In this document: piece by piece, positions 29,813 to 39,816 of the stretch
Position numbering within the stretch: position 1 is the first letter of the stretch
Layout of the letters: the number at the start of each line of letters is the position of its first letter
IMG/VR virus record: IMGVR_UViG_3300009499_000053
Strand: one strand, 5' to 3'
DNA: 64,000 bases
DNA from: a virus
The notes under the pieces: generated by a model
Databases searched by the model: none
The model's input: only the letters and a program-made list of their open reading frames with translations
Told to the model about the DNA's origin: nothing
Made by a program: the position numbers and the translations under genes

Positions 29813-29842
29813 TTTAACCTTATATAAATTGAGGTTAAAAAA

Positions 29843-29995
29843 GTGACAACCCAAACCCAAGAGCTAAGGGCAAGACGGCTAAAGTGGACTTTTGAAGCCT
29901 TCAAAGCAAGTGTAGCGGAAACTAAAGCCAAAATTCAAGACTTCAAACTGTTCATGCGAACAACAGATAAACACAAAACGGGGTATATAGTATAA
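29843..29995 (+). CDS. Hypothetical 50 aa protein (not in track)
   Basis: GAGGT RBS, GTG start, TAATG coupling to the next ORF. Confidence 0.5.
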   Translation: MTTQTQELRARRLKWTFEAFKASVAETKAKIQDFKLFMRTTDKHKTGYIV

Positions 29996-30375
29996 TGAAA
30001 GGGAAAATAGACACACGAAATAGATGGCAAAGAATGAATGACGCTAGATATGAGAAAACAGCATACACACAGGGAGAGTTAATGACGCTAAAGAACAGAG
30101 CTAAAGAGAATAACATTCAGCACTTCAATAGATTAAGTGATGAACATGGTCACACTTTAAAACACCCAAGAACTTCAGAGTTAATACGAATGAAAACAAG
30201 TGATGTAGTCAGTCCTAAACTAATACCTAGAGTTTACAGAAAGGTAGCCCAACCGATACAATTCATAAAGGTAACTAGAAATAAGGACGGTATTACAGGG
30301 ATAATTCACACAGGGAAGAACAGGAAAAAGTCATGGAGAAGCATCTGGTATAGCTCACAGAGTCGGAGGAAATAG
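29995..30375 (+). CDS. Basic hypothetical protein
   Basis: 126 aa ORF coupled to the upstream ORF. Confidence 0.55.
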   Translation: MKGKIDTRNRWQRMNDARYEKTAYTQGELMTLKNRAKENNIQHFNRLSDEHGHTLKHPRTSELIRMKTSDVVSPKLIPRVYRKVAQPIQFIKVTRNKDGITGIIHTGKNRKKSWRSIWYSSQSRRK

Positions 30376-30410
30376 TCCTAGAAGTCATGACACTACCCAA
30401 AAGTGGGTAG

Positions 30411-30423
30411 GAAGTCTTAAATA
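30411..30423 (+). promoter_or_regulatory. TATA promoter (GAAGT-CTTAAATA) upstream of the structured region
   Basis: Same CTTAAATA box as the structural-gene promoters at 7974 and 11862. Confidence 0.5.
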
Positions 30424-31224
30424 CCCTAAGGGGTATAGGTAGTTAAAACCTAAACCCAACCTTTAGGAGTTGGGCAGTAGGAGAATAAAGCTCTCAATGG
30501 AGAGTAGCCATAGAGTAAGCTACGCACTAGCTAGTCTTACCGATGGCTACCCCATCACGGGGTATAGAAACCCCTTCACGATAGGAGTATAACATCGTAG
30601 GCGAGAGGCTTAACTGCACCCGCAAGGGAAGCAAGAGATTAAGCCTTCCTACTCTCCTAGTAATAGGAGTGCATAAGTGTGTAGATGAACGTAGCACACA
30701 TATCAATGGGTGGAAGCTTAGGCTTGACCTAACACGCCCTTTCATGGTTACACCTTTAGGAGTGTAAAAGCCAACCTGTCAGAGGGATGTCCCAAACGTC
30801 CCGATGAGGGAACGGTTGCAGTAGACCGAGCAGGGACTTGCCTCCCCTGTGTCGCAGAAGAACATACAACGTTCTCTGCTAGAACTCCCACCGCAAGGTG
30901 AGAAGCATTATTCGCTAGCGTTATTGAGCTAGAGATTTGTATGAAGCCAAGTGCCTAGTGGGAATCCGTGCTAGTGGACTATAGCGTATGTCATGACTCG
31001 TACTCGGTCATCTCTTTTGGTTGGCTTGTGGGGCGTAGGGCGGTAAGCTACTATCGCACGAGGCAAAGGACACTTGTGTCACTGAGGTCATTCTGTTTGG
31101 GCAGAAGGCGTAGGAGCATGAGTTAGGCAAATTAGCGAACTATGCAACAAAAACCTTCCCGAGTGAACTAAATCAGAAGCTCGGGAAACACTAAGCGAAC
31201 ATGGTTCGAAAGGACATTAACCCC

Positions 31225-31328
31225 GAAAGAGAGCTTGAGCGAGCCTAAAACTTCAACTGAAGTATTTGAGAGATGTAGCTATCTTGAAGTATGGATAGAA
31301 GTCATGGTTTCAAATCCGTTCTCTTTCA
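31225..31328 (+). ncRNA. tRNA-like element 1 (non-canonical)
   Basis: GAAAGAGA/TCTCTTTC acceptor-like stem, ATGG-TTTCAAAT-CCGT T-arm, discriminator A, then a T-run; no encoded CCA. Confidence 0.45.
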
Positions 31329-31340
31329 CTTTTTTCTACT
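31329..31340 (+). terminator. Possible oligo-T archaeal terminator or processing site
   Basis: CTTTTTCTACTT immediately after tRNA-like element 1. Confidence 0.3.
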
Positions 31341-31546
31341 TATCAGTTCACATATCATGGTCACACTAGTGACTGCAAACCTCGGTAGGATTAGTTACAC
31401 ATCGAGTATGCCACCGAGCAATATACGGGGTACCAAAGAACGCCCTGTAGTGTCAGGAGATTGGAGGATAACATCCCACCCAAGCCTGCAACACTCAGAG
31501 AGGGTTAGCCCTATACTTGGGCATATACAGGTCATTCATTAAAGTA

Positions 31547-31625
31547 CCCCTTATGGTGATTGGACACACAAGGTATGAGTGCACCTTTAAAGCACGAATC
31601 GTAGGTGAAAGACCTACTGGGGGGA
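31547..31625 (+). ncRNA. tRNA-like element 2 (non-canonical)
   Basis: CCCCTTA/TGGGGGG 7-bp stem, GTG-ATTGGACA-CAC D-arm, GTAGG-TGAAAGA-CCTAC T-arm, discriminator A; no CCA. Confidence 0.5.
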
Positions 31626-31647
31626 CTTCCTCCCTAGAGGGATTAGA

Positions 31648-31875
31648 ATGAAGGGTTCATACTACAACTGTATAGCTCTTATAAGCATAAGGAATGAGAA
31701 TGACTTTAGAACTGAACTGCTCTTCTATGTGGAATGTCCAGATGAATGGAAGAGTAAGAAGCTAATGACATACACTCAGATGAGTCACTGGGTTCAAACA
31801 GGTGAGGTAGAGGAATTCGTGCCTCTAGGTCTTAAGTATGTAGTGCCTGTAAGAAAACGAGCAAGCCTATACTGA
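31648..31875 (+). CDS. Hypothetical protein
   Basis: 75 aa, GAGGG RBS. Confidence 0.55.
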   Translation: MKGSYYNCIALISIRNENDFRTELLFYVECPDEWKSKKLMTYTQMSHWVQTGEVEEFVPLGLKYVVPVRKRASLY

Positions 31876-31975
31876 AAATAGAGCAAAGTCCTGTCTATGC
31901 CGGAAGGAGTTAACTGTATTGGCACTCCTAGTGAATGGTGTATAGGAGGCATAAAACTAATGGAGGTGGTTTGTT

Positions 31976-32224
31976 ATGGGTAAAATAATCTACCCGATAG
32001 ATGAATGGGAAGAAGATGAACGAGATAATGAACGCGGTCACCCAAGGAGATTGAAGAAACCAAGCCACATAGTAGACAGAGACTACATAGGCTTCGGACA
32101 TTGGTTACTAAACTATTCTGACGGAACTAGTGAACTAATACGTGAACCAAACAACACGTTTACTGACCTCTTCTATAAAGTTGGGAATTATGATGACAAA
32201 GGACACCCAGTATATCCCAAGTAA
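31976..32224 (+). CDS. Hypothetical protein
   Basis: 82 aa, GGAGGTGG RBS. Confidence 0.6.
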   Translation: MGKIIYPIDEWEEDERDNERGHPRRLKKPSHIVDRDYIGFGHWLLNYSDGTSELIREPNNTFTDLFYKVGNYDDKGHPVYPK

Positions 32225-33251
32225 AGCAGAAGAACTGCATCTAACTGAGGTACTAAGGAAACTTGGAGAAAACCTCAGTGGACTGGAACTTAAGGACGTA
32301 GGTAGCACTGCTAAAGGAACATGGTTAGCTGGTGCAAGTGACATAGACATCTATGTAGTCTGTGACAACATCCAAGAAACACATAAACGTATCAAGGGAC
32401 TATTCCCTAACGGACACGACAAGAAAGGACAATTAACCATCTGGAACTTCCTATTAGACGGATATGATGTTGACCTAGTTATAGTCACCAAGAACTTCCA
32501 TAAGAGGGAAGATACTTTGTTACATGCAAGTTACTTTAATCGAATTCTAACTCAAGACATGAAGAATGAGGTCCGAAAGGCTAAGGCTTTCTTCAAAACG
32601 CATGGAGTCTACGGAGCAGAGAACGGAGGCATAGTAGGAGTGGCACTTGAAGCCCTCATGATTCAAGCACATAACCTAGAAACCCTATGTGGTTATCTTA
32701 AATGGGGAAAACAACTCTTCGTGCAAGACCCAACAATGACAGAGAAAAGGAATCTCCTAGCAAGTGTCAATGATAAGAGGTGGAAACAGATTCAAAGAGT
32801 ATGCAAGGACTACCTAAATGATAAACCCTTTAGTTTTAAACCTATGTCAACAAATGAATTCCATGACCAGTATAAGTGGACTCACTGCACAATGATGTTC
32901 TATAGGAAGTATGACAAGGGACTAGACTATCAGACAATAACAAGCACAGCTAACAAAATAAGTAGAATGCTAAGGAACCAAGATAGGGACATCACAATCG
33001 ACATAGATGCATTCGTAGACAATGAACACATAATACTTTGCTACAGAGTTAGACCACTACAACTAAGCTCTCTTAAGGAAGTCTGCGTAGGACTTCAGTA
33101 TGCTAAGGCATTCAAAGATGCACACCCAAATGCAATCGTCAGAGATGACAAGGTATGTGCAGATGTAAGACGTCCAGTAGTCTTTCCAGATACAGCTTTC
33201 ATAACAATGGTAGTAGAGGCAATGGAACTAAAAGGATACACGAGATTCTAA
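32190..33251 (+). CDS. cca: Class I (archaeal) CCA-adding tRNA nucleotidyltransferase
   Basis: VGSTAKGTWL..SDIDIYV, DVDLV, EDTLLH, EVRKAKAFFK..GVYGAE; start probably ATG about 32190. Confidence 0.85.
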   Translation: MMTKDTQYIPSKAEELHLTEVLRKLGENLSGLELKDVGSTAKGTWLAGASDIDIYVVCDNIQETHKRIKGLFPNGHDKKGQLTIWNFLLDGYDVDLVIVTKNFHKREDTLLHASYFNRILTQDMKNEVRKAKAFFKTHGVYGAENGGIVGVALEALMIQAHNLETLCGYLKWGKQLFVQDPTMTEKRNLLASVNDKRWKQIQRVCKDYLNDKPFSFKPMSTNEFHDQYKWTHCTMMFYRKYDKGLDYQTITSTANKISRMLRNQDRDITIDIDAFVDNEHIILCYRVRPLQLSSLKEVCVGLQYAKAFKDAHPNAIVRDDKVCADVRRPVVFPDTAFITMVVEAMELKGYTRF

Positions 33252-36200
33252 TGAAGAAATACAGAGTACTAGAGGACAATCGCATTCTTCTAGAAACAGA
33301 CGACAAGGAACACGCTCTTATGATGATGGGTATATCCCACATTAACAGACCAAACTACTACCATGAGTTACATGAGTGGTGGAATGGTCAGTATAATGGC
33401 ATACGTCAGTATAAACCAGGAGATAAAGTTACTAGGAAGTAATCGCATGAACGCACAAAAAGACAAGGAGAACTTAGACAGTATTCAAGTGGACACAGTC
33501 ATCAGAAATGACCTCGATTTGTTAGAGGCCTTTGGTGAACCCACAGAGACAGCTGTCTGGTCACTTGCTTGTCTATTCGAGCACTTCGCATAAATCATTG
33601 GAGGTGATGTGGATGAAGTGTAAAAAATGTGGCTCTCCAACAGCAAGGTATGTGGAAAGCCGTAAGAAATTCTGGAGAGGAAGAGCAGGGGGAGAACATG
33701 GAAGATTCGAATCTCGTACTGACTTCCGTGTAAAGTGCCACAAATGTGGTGCAGAGTACGAGAACAACTAGGAGGTGGGATAATGCAGTTTAAACCCAAA
33801 CCTAAGAGGAAAGAGGTTTTCCTTGGAATGCTTCGTGCAGAAGTAGACGAGGAGACTAAGAACTTCCTGAGACCTAATGCCTTGGTGAAAAGGAAACTTA
33901 TTGACGGAATATTCTTCTTCCACTATGCTGATGGCAAAGTAGAAGTAAAGAGTTTCCACGAAGTGGTAGACCCAATAATAAAAGAAATAAATGAGAGGAA
34001 GGAAAATGGAAACGCACATGTACGTGCCAAAAGGATATGAAGCATACAAAAGAATAAGGAGAGCGATTGCTAAGAGACGTGCTGACTTCGAGAAAGAAAC
34101 TGAGTCAAAGACTAAAGCCTACATAGCCTAGGAGTAGAGAACATGAACTATCTATATTTCCTACTTGAATACTATGAGTTATGGAGAAACTTTGCAGCAA
34201 TAGCTACCCTTGTTGGAATCCCAGTAGCCATTCTCTTCATCTACCTACTACTTACTTATTATCGTAGCAAGGAAGAAGAATAAGATGAATTGTCCTGAAT
34301 GTAATCAGGAAATGATTAAGGAACCAATTGGTAACGAAGTATACTTCTGCCATACAGAAGACTGTGGCGTAAACTTTATAGAAGTAACTCGGAGATAATT
34401 TAATGACTTATGCCTATATAGAAAAGAGAACGAAGGCAATAGAAGCACTTGACAAAATCTATGAGTCACCCCAGATAAGGGCTATAGGAAGACTGATGCT
34501 TACAAACTATGACTACCTTAGCCCAAGAGCACAGCAGATTGGAGGCATGGTCTTGAAGTCCCTAATCGATGTAGGAGTTGACCTATCGTGGGTATCAGGA
34601 GAGGTGAAAGATGAGATTCAAAAAGGCTAGGAAACTTAGAGATAGTGAGATAGCTGAGATAAATGACATACTCAAGGTACAAGGTCTTAATCGACAGGAG
34701 AGAAGAACATGGATAAAAAAGATCAAAAAGGAAGCGAGGATAAAAGACTCCATCCAGCTGCGAAAGTAGGACTCTGTATTGCTTCGTGGATCGAAGCTGC
34801 ATATCTTATACCATTTCAACTGGCTATGTTACCGGAACATCTACATGCACTCCTCATAGTGTTCTTAGTCTGGTTCTTTATAGGAATGCCAGCAACAATA
34901 GTATACCTATCACATAAGAAGATGATATGACAATGAAATATTACATGGTAAAAGTTTCCACTAAAGATGGATTTGAAAATCGCAAAGTCTCTGAGAAAGA
35001 ACTAAAAGAATTAGAAAAACATACTACTATTCTTGTTTGTACATACATTGGAAGATGTTATTAGTATGGACCTAGAAACAGCTCATCACTATGAACGAAG
35101 CCTTGAGAAGACTCTAAAAGAGTTAGATCCAAAACATAAGGCTCTGAAACGTATCTATCACTCAACATGGTATGCAATAGATGTCTACCAACAAGCTATC
35201 ATCAAGGCGAGAGGAATACAGAAGAGACTTGAGAGGAAGCAGAACACCGATTAGAATTAGAAGGAAGGAGGTTTGATAGAATGAAAAGATTTACTAAATT
35301 GAAAATAAAGATTGTTGCTAACGTTCTTGCTGGACTTGGTTGCTCTCTAGGAGTCGTAGTAAATGAAAACCTTATTATCAAAGGATTCTTTATCCTTCTT
35401 GGTATTTTGGCTTTCAGCATGGCATATGCTGACTTCGAGAAATACCCAACTGAGGACTAAACATATGGAAATGGAGCAGGCAAGAGGGAGATAGATAAGA
35501 CTTGACAGAGTACACACTTAGAAGAGGTCATAACGAAAGACAGAGCCCAGGTGGACACCCAGTTCACCATATGGAATACTGGGTAGCTGGAACTGAGATT
35601 ACTGGAGAGTTTCTATCAGTACCATGTAGGGCAAGACTACATCATCTCATAACAGGACTCTTCTATAACTGGGACTGGAAGGATGAGAAGATAAAGATGA
35701 TAACAGAGAAAGAAGCATTCATGCTAAAGCATATATTCACCAGTCAAACAGAGTATGGAATCTGGAAGAAAGGTCTTGAGAAGATTAAGGAAGTTGGAGA
35801 AGAGGAAACCAAGAAATGGTTAATGGAACAAGTAAAGGTCCTCGCACTTAGGAATGTAATGAAAGAGGGTTCTGATCGTAACTCACAGGGAATCTTAGGA
35901 CAAGGTTAGAGAAAACATGAGAAATTTAGAACAAGATGTAAAGGACTTTGGAGTTTTAGGAACAGAGAAGAAACATAGAATCAAATTATGTGGAACCTGT
36001 AAGTTCTTTGAAGAAAGCTGTCAGACCAACACAGATAAACATGATTTAGCTTGTAAGAAATATAGGAAATGGTCTTCATTGGTTAAAGCTCTTTATAAGC
36101 TAGCTGAATTCTTTTCCATTTAATATAGGTGAGGTGAAAAGATGCAAATTCATTCATTCAAGTTTGTCGTAACAAAGAAACAAGCAGCACATCTATCAAA

Positions 36201-36699
36201 GCTCTTAGCGGAAGCGTCCGATGATTCAGTCTATGAATCAAACATAGTAGGGATTGAAGTATCTCCCATAGATGTCCAAATAACGGTAGTCGATAATGAT
36301 GGAAGAAAAATACAACTCATGTCATAGATGTAAGTTCAAAAAACCAGATGTTAAATCTCGATTTAGCACTTATGGTATCTACGAGAAACCAAGAGAGTTT
36401 ATAATCTGTAACGATTGCCATGATATTCTAACGGAATTACAGAAACAACATAATCCTTCAAGTTTGATAGAGGTGATAAAATGTTTGGAAGAATAGTAGG
36501 AGCAATAGTAGGAGCAGTAATGTCATTTGCCAGTGCCTTTAGCCTATGGAAACTAATTGAGTTAATACTATCAGGAGCAGTCGCAGGTAACTGGATTGCA
36601 GTCATAGCTGGAGGAATACTAGTCTGGATATTCGGTGGACTCTTGATACTAGGACTCTTTGCTGGTGGTATTGTAATCATCTTATCTATATTCGATTAG
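33251..36699 (+). other. Cluster of about 18 small hypothetical ORFs (several Zn-ribbon or TM), e.g. 33251-33442, 33447-33593, 33607-33771, 33783-34040, 34403-34630, 34709-34930, 35033-35254, 35502-35909, 35917-36123, 36142-36327, 36296-36496, 36481-36699
   Basis: Tightly packed same-strand ORFs with GGAG/GAGGTGA RBS; no recognisable family. Confidence 0.6.
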
Positions 36700-37032
36700 G
36701 GTGATAACATGCAAGTATTTGAAGAACCACTTATAAGAATGGAAATAAAAATCAGACAATTACGATGGAAGAAAAGACATTGGATATACCTAATCCAAAC
36801 ACAGGCAATGTGAGGTGAATTACACTGAATATATTTAAGAGGTTCCGTTATAACCATCCAACTATTTCTTGGGCTCTATTGATGTTAGGAAACTTTGTCT
36901 ATACAACAAGCTTTGCTCGTTTGATTATAGGAGATACTTTTAGTATAACCTGGATTGCTACCATTGCTCTTGGACTTCCTCTCTACTTAATGGTAAGTGA
37001 GAAAATAGATAAGATGTTTGGAAGGTAATAGA

Positions 37033-37464
37033 ATGTCAGAAATAGTATTACATGCATTAGTCTTTGCAAAGAAGAAACATGGTTCTCAGAAGGATGACTG
37101 TGGTAAGGACTACTTTACAGCCCACATTCATCAAGTGGTAAGAATACTAACGAAAGTCACATCAGACTATGAAGTCATTGCAACGGCATTTCTCCATGAT
37201 ACATTGGAGGATACCAATACTACTGAGGCAGAACTTCGAAAGGAGTTTGGTGATACAATAACAGACCTTGTACTAGAGGTTACACATGAGGGTTCTAAGG
37301 AGAAGGGTTACTACTTCCCAAGACTACACAGTGAGAAGGCAATCCTAGTCAAGTTTGCTGATAGACTCTCTAACCTATCTCGTATGAATGCATGGAACAA
37401 GAAACGTAGGGACCATTACCTACTCAAGTCTCAGTTCTGGAGGATAGCGGAGGTGAAAGGATGA
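37033..37464 (+). CDS. HD-domain hydrolase, RelA/SpoT (Mesh1/SAH)-like
   Basis: FAKKKHGSQ..G.DY..H, AFLHDTLEDT and VKFADRLSNL. Confidence 0.85.
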   Translation: MSEIVLHALVFAKKKHGSQKDDCGKDYFTAHIHQVVRILTKVTSDYEVIATAFLHDTLEDTNTTEAELRKEFGDTITDLVLEVTHEGSKEKGYYFPRLHSEKAILVKFADRLSNLSRMNAWNKKRRDHYLLKSQFWRIAEVKG

Positions 37465-37634
37465 AAACTATATACGTTACAGATAAGAATGATGTTTGTT
37501 GTCCTAACTGTTACAACGAGATTACACATGACGAACTAGCAAAAGCAACAAAGATTACTCCTTTGGGTAATTTAACTCGTAGTAAGATGAACTGCCCTCA
37601 CTGCGAAACAGAACTAGAACTGAGAAGTCCTTAA
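37461..37634 (+). CDS. Zn-ribbon protein, paralog of 43870..44070 (not in track)
   Basis: IYVTDKNDVCCPNCYNEIT..GNLTRSKMNCPHC. Confidence 0.65.
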   Translation: MKTIYVTDKNDVCCPNCYNEITHDELAKATKITPLGNLTRSKMNCPHCETELELRSP

Positions 37635-37647
37635 GAGGTGAGAAGTA

Positions 37648-37947
37648 ATGGGAAAGAAATTCTGGAGCGGTATAAAGATCTTCTGCCCAGGAAACTTCGT
37701 CTCAGTTGATATTACCAAACTGAAGGGTGACTATATATTAGTCAACAAGACAGATTTGCTCTCTGTATTCTTCAATGTAACCCAGCAAACTCCTTACTCA
37801 ATGCCTAAGATCAAAGAGAAACCCCAATTCAAGGGAAAGTTCATAGAGATCCAATTTGAGAGGATAAGTAAGAAAAAAGAATACAGGGCTATAGGTTACA
37901 GAGAAATCAAGAAAGTGGAGACAAAAGGAACAATACACACAATATAA
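37648..37947 (+). CDS. Hypothetical protein
   Basis: 99 aa, GAGGTGA RBS. Confidence 0.55.
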   Translation: MGKKFWSGIKIFCPGNFVSVDITKLKGDYILVNKTDLLSVFFNVTQQTPYSMPKIKEKPQFKGKFIEIQFERISKKKEYRAIGYREIKKVETKGTIHTI

Positions 37948-37961
37948 GGAGAAGTTAGTAA

Positions 37962-38228
37962 ATGAGATTTAAAGAAGCTACCCCAGAGACATCTGGTTGT
38001 AATTCACGAGGAAAGGTATACTACAAGAGAACATCTATGATACATGTCAGAGAAGGCTGTGCTAATGGTAAGCTACGATGTTGTTCATTCTGTGACACGA
38101 GCTGTGAGGGACGTTGTGAACTATCAGAGACTATAGAACATCAGTCAGAGGGGTTCAAAAATAGATTTGACTGTGAGAACTTGAGACCTTCATTAGAGAT
38201 GGCATGGAAATGGCTAGGAAGTGAATAG
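37962..38228 (+). CDS. Cys-rich protein (CCxxC family)
   Basis: CCSFCDTSCEGRC; similar to 46353, 49908 and 57820. Confidence 0.55.
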   Translation: MRFKEATPETSGCNSRGKVYYKRTSMIHVREGCANGKLRCCSFCDTSCEGRCELSETIEHQSEGFKNRFDCENLRPSLEMAWKWLGSE

Positions 38229-38325
38229 AGTGTGGAATGTAGTTTTAGCAATCCTATTAGATTTAGGAGTTTTTATCCTTTGGATTCGTATCTACAAAAA
38301 GTTTGCAGACATAGGGCGTGAGTAA

Positions 38326-38610
38326 ATGAAACTAAAACTCTACAAGGATTTTGATCAAGTCACTATCTTATGCTTCGATCTACGTAAGGGAGACCATTTT
38401 CATGAGATTACTTATGGTTTCTCCGTTCTTGGCTATGCAACCGAAAGAGAAATAGGTCTAAATCGAGATCAGATAACACATCGGAAGAATCTTCTTGTCT
38501 TCCCTCAAACGGTAATACATGAGATGTTACACTATTTGTTTATCAAACATGTAGAGATTCATAAGATAATACATAGAATCCACAGATTCTCTAGGAGGCT
38601 GATTCTGTAA
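38326..38610 (+). CDS. Small protein with HExxH motif
   Basis: TVIHEMLHYLF; possible minimal zincin. Confidence 0.45.
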   Translation: MKLKLYKDFDQVTILCFDLRKGDHFHEITYGFSVLGYATEREIGLNRDQITHRKNLLVFPQTVIHEMLHYLFIKHVEIHKIIHRIHRFSRRLIL

Positions 38611-38743
38611 TGGATCTTCTAATAGCAGGACTCTTGATAATAGTACCCACTCTCATAGACTTGGGAGTGCAATATATAATCCATAAGAGGACTGTTACAT
38701 ACATCAAAGCTTGTCCATACTGTCCACACACGGAGGAATAGGA

Positions 38744-39196
38744 ATGATAAGTTGGATAACCAAGAAAGTAGCGATCGGGGAATACAACGATGCTGTTAAC
38801 GAGGAACTACTTTTAACAGAGAGAGTTGATTGCATACTAAATATGAGAGGAGGACAAAACGAGTCAAGTATTGTTGAACAGACCATAGAGATGTCCCTTG
38901 GTATCAACTACTTCCACTTAAAGGTTGGAAGTCATCAAGGTATTGACCCAATCAAAATAGAACTAAGAACAGCTATCTATATGCTTGGTCTACTTACCAA
39001 ACGATATAGACGAATCCTAGTTCATTGCACTTCAGGAATAGATAGGGCACCATTCGTGGTTGCCTACTGGTTAGCAAGTCAGAGTTGTAAAGAGATGCAG
39101 AAGACTGGGAAGGGATGTAGGAAATGTATAGAAGGTACATACCACATCATTAGACAGAAACGATCCCAGATAATGGAACATATGGAATGGATATGA
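38744..39196 (+). CDS. Dual-specificity (CX5R) phosphatase
   Basis: ILVHCTSGIDRAP P-loop; ISWITKKVAIG N-terminus. Confidence 0.85.
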   Translation: MISWITKKVAIGEYNDAVNEELLLTERVDCILNMRGGQNESSIVEQTIEMSLGINYFHLKVGSHQGIDPIKIELRTAIYMLGLLTKRYRRILVHCTSGIDRAPFVVAYWLASQSCKEMQKTGKGCRKCIEGTYHIIRQKRSQIMEHMEWI

Positions 39197-39206
39197 GGGA
39201 ATTAAC

Positions 39207-39530
39207 ATGAGTGTTATGAAAGCACCACCAAAGAAAAGAAAGAGGAAAGCACCTAAGGTAGTCGATCGTACTCAAAGGGCTAAGAGAACTAAGAAACCTC
39301 CGAAGTTTCCAGGACTAACCCCAGATAAAATACCAGAGTTCAGTATCAAACATCAGAATGCCTTCGATGGAATGCAGGAGAACTGCTTCAATCATCTTCA
39401 TAAACCAAGCAAGATTAGGATTAGGGGTTTCCAGGATACTGGTCTGTACTACATCTGTCAGGACTGCCTAGAGGCATACATCAAAAAGAATAAGAAGTTG
39501 AAGAAAATTGTCATCAGGTTTGGCCACTAA
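39207..39530 (+). CDS. Basic Zn-binding hypothetical protein
   Basis: CxxH..CxxC; Lys-rich N-terminus. Confidence 0.5.
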   Translation: MSVMKAPPKKRKRKAPKVVDRTQRAKRTKKPPKFPGLTPDKIPEFSIKHQNAFDGMQENCFNHLHKPSKIRIRGFQDTGLYYICQDCLEAYIKKNKKLKKIVIRFGH

Positions 39531-39816
39531 TCAACAACTGAAGAACTTAATGAATGCAGTCAATAAGATGCCCTATATGAAAGGGATAACTTACGTGAAA
39601 GCAGTGTGGCTCCTCAAGCCTGATATTAAACTACAACTACAACTAAGTGAACTGAAGGAAGTGAGAGCCTTTGCTAAAAAATGGTTTCAATATATCAGTC
39701 ATATTCCGATGGAAACATACGATCAAAAGTTCTCAGATGCCTATGAAACAGCTAAGGAATTACATTCATCTGGAACAATAGAGAAGTTCTGGAAGAAACA
39801 TGTGGAGGGAAAGTAA
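39508..39816 (+). CDS. Hypothetical protein
   Basis: 102 aa ORF in operon. Confidence 0.5.
   Translation: MSSGLATNQQLKNLMNAVNKMPYMKGITYVKAVWLLKPDIKLQLQLSELKEVRAFAKKWFQYISHIPMETYDQKFSDAYETAKELHSSGTIEKFWKKHVEGK

Larger units (their letters stand above)
30445..31630 (+). ncRNA. Large structured non-coding RNA (or RNA cluster), unclassified
   Basis: No convincing ORF in an otherwise gene-dense genome; nested helices GTAGCCAT/ATGGCTAC, AGGCTTAA/TTAAGCCT, AAGCCAACC/GGTTGGCTT, TTCCCGAG/CTCGGGAA; GCAA tetraloops. Confidence 0.7.

Noticed and set aside
30362-31190. RNase P RNA (GAGGAAATAGTCC at about 30366 and TGCAACAAAAAC at about 31143 resemble conserved regions)
   Set aside because: CR-I is imperfect and lies inside an ORF upstream of the promoter; no matching P4 partner found; spacing is wrong
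31579-31595. Ochre-suppressor or Lys tRNA (loop ACCTTTAAA)
   Set aside because: The loop is 9 nt with no clean U33 geometry and competes with an alternative stem; TAA is the normal stop here, so no anticodon is assigned
30445-31630. Group I or group II intron
   Set aside because: No domain V or P7 consensus recognised and no interrupted gene flanks it
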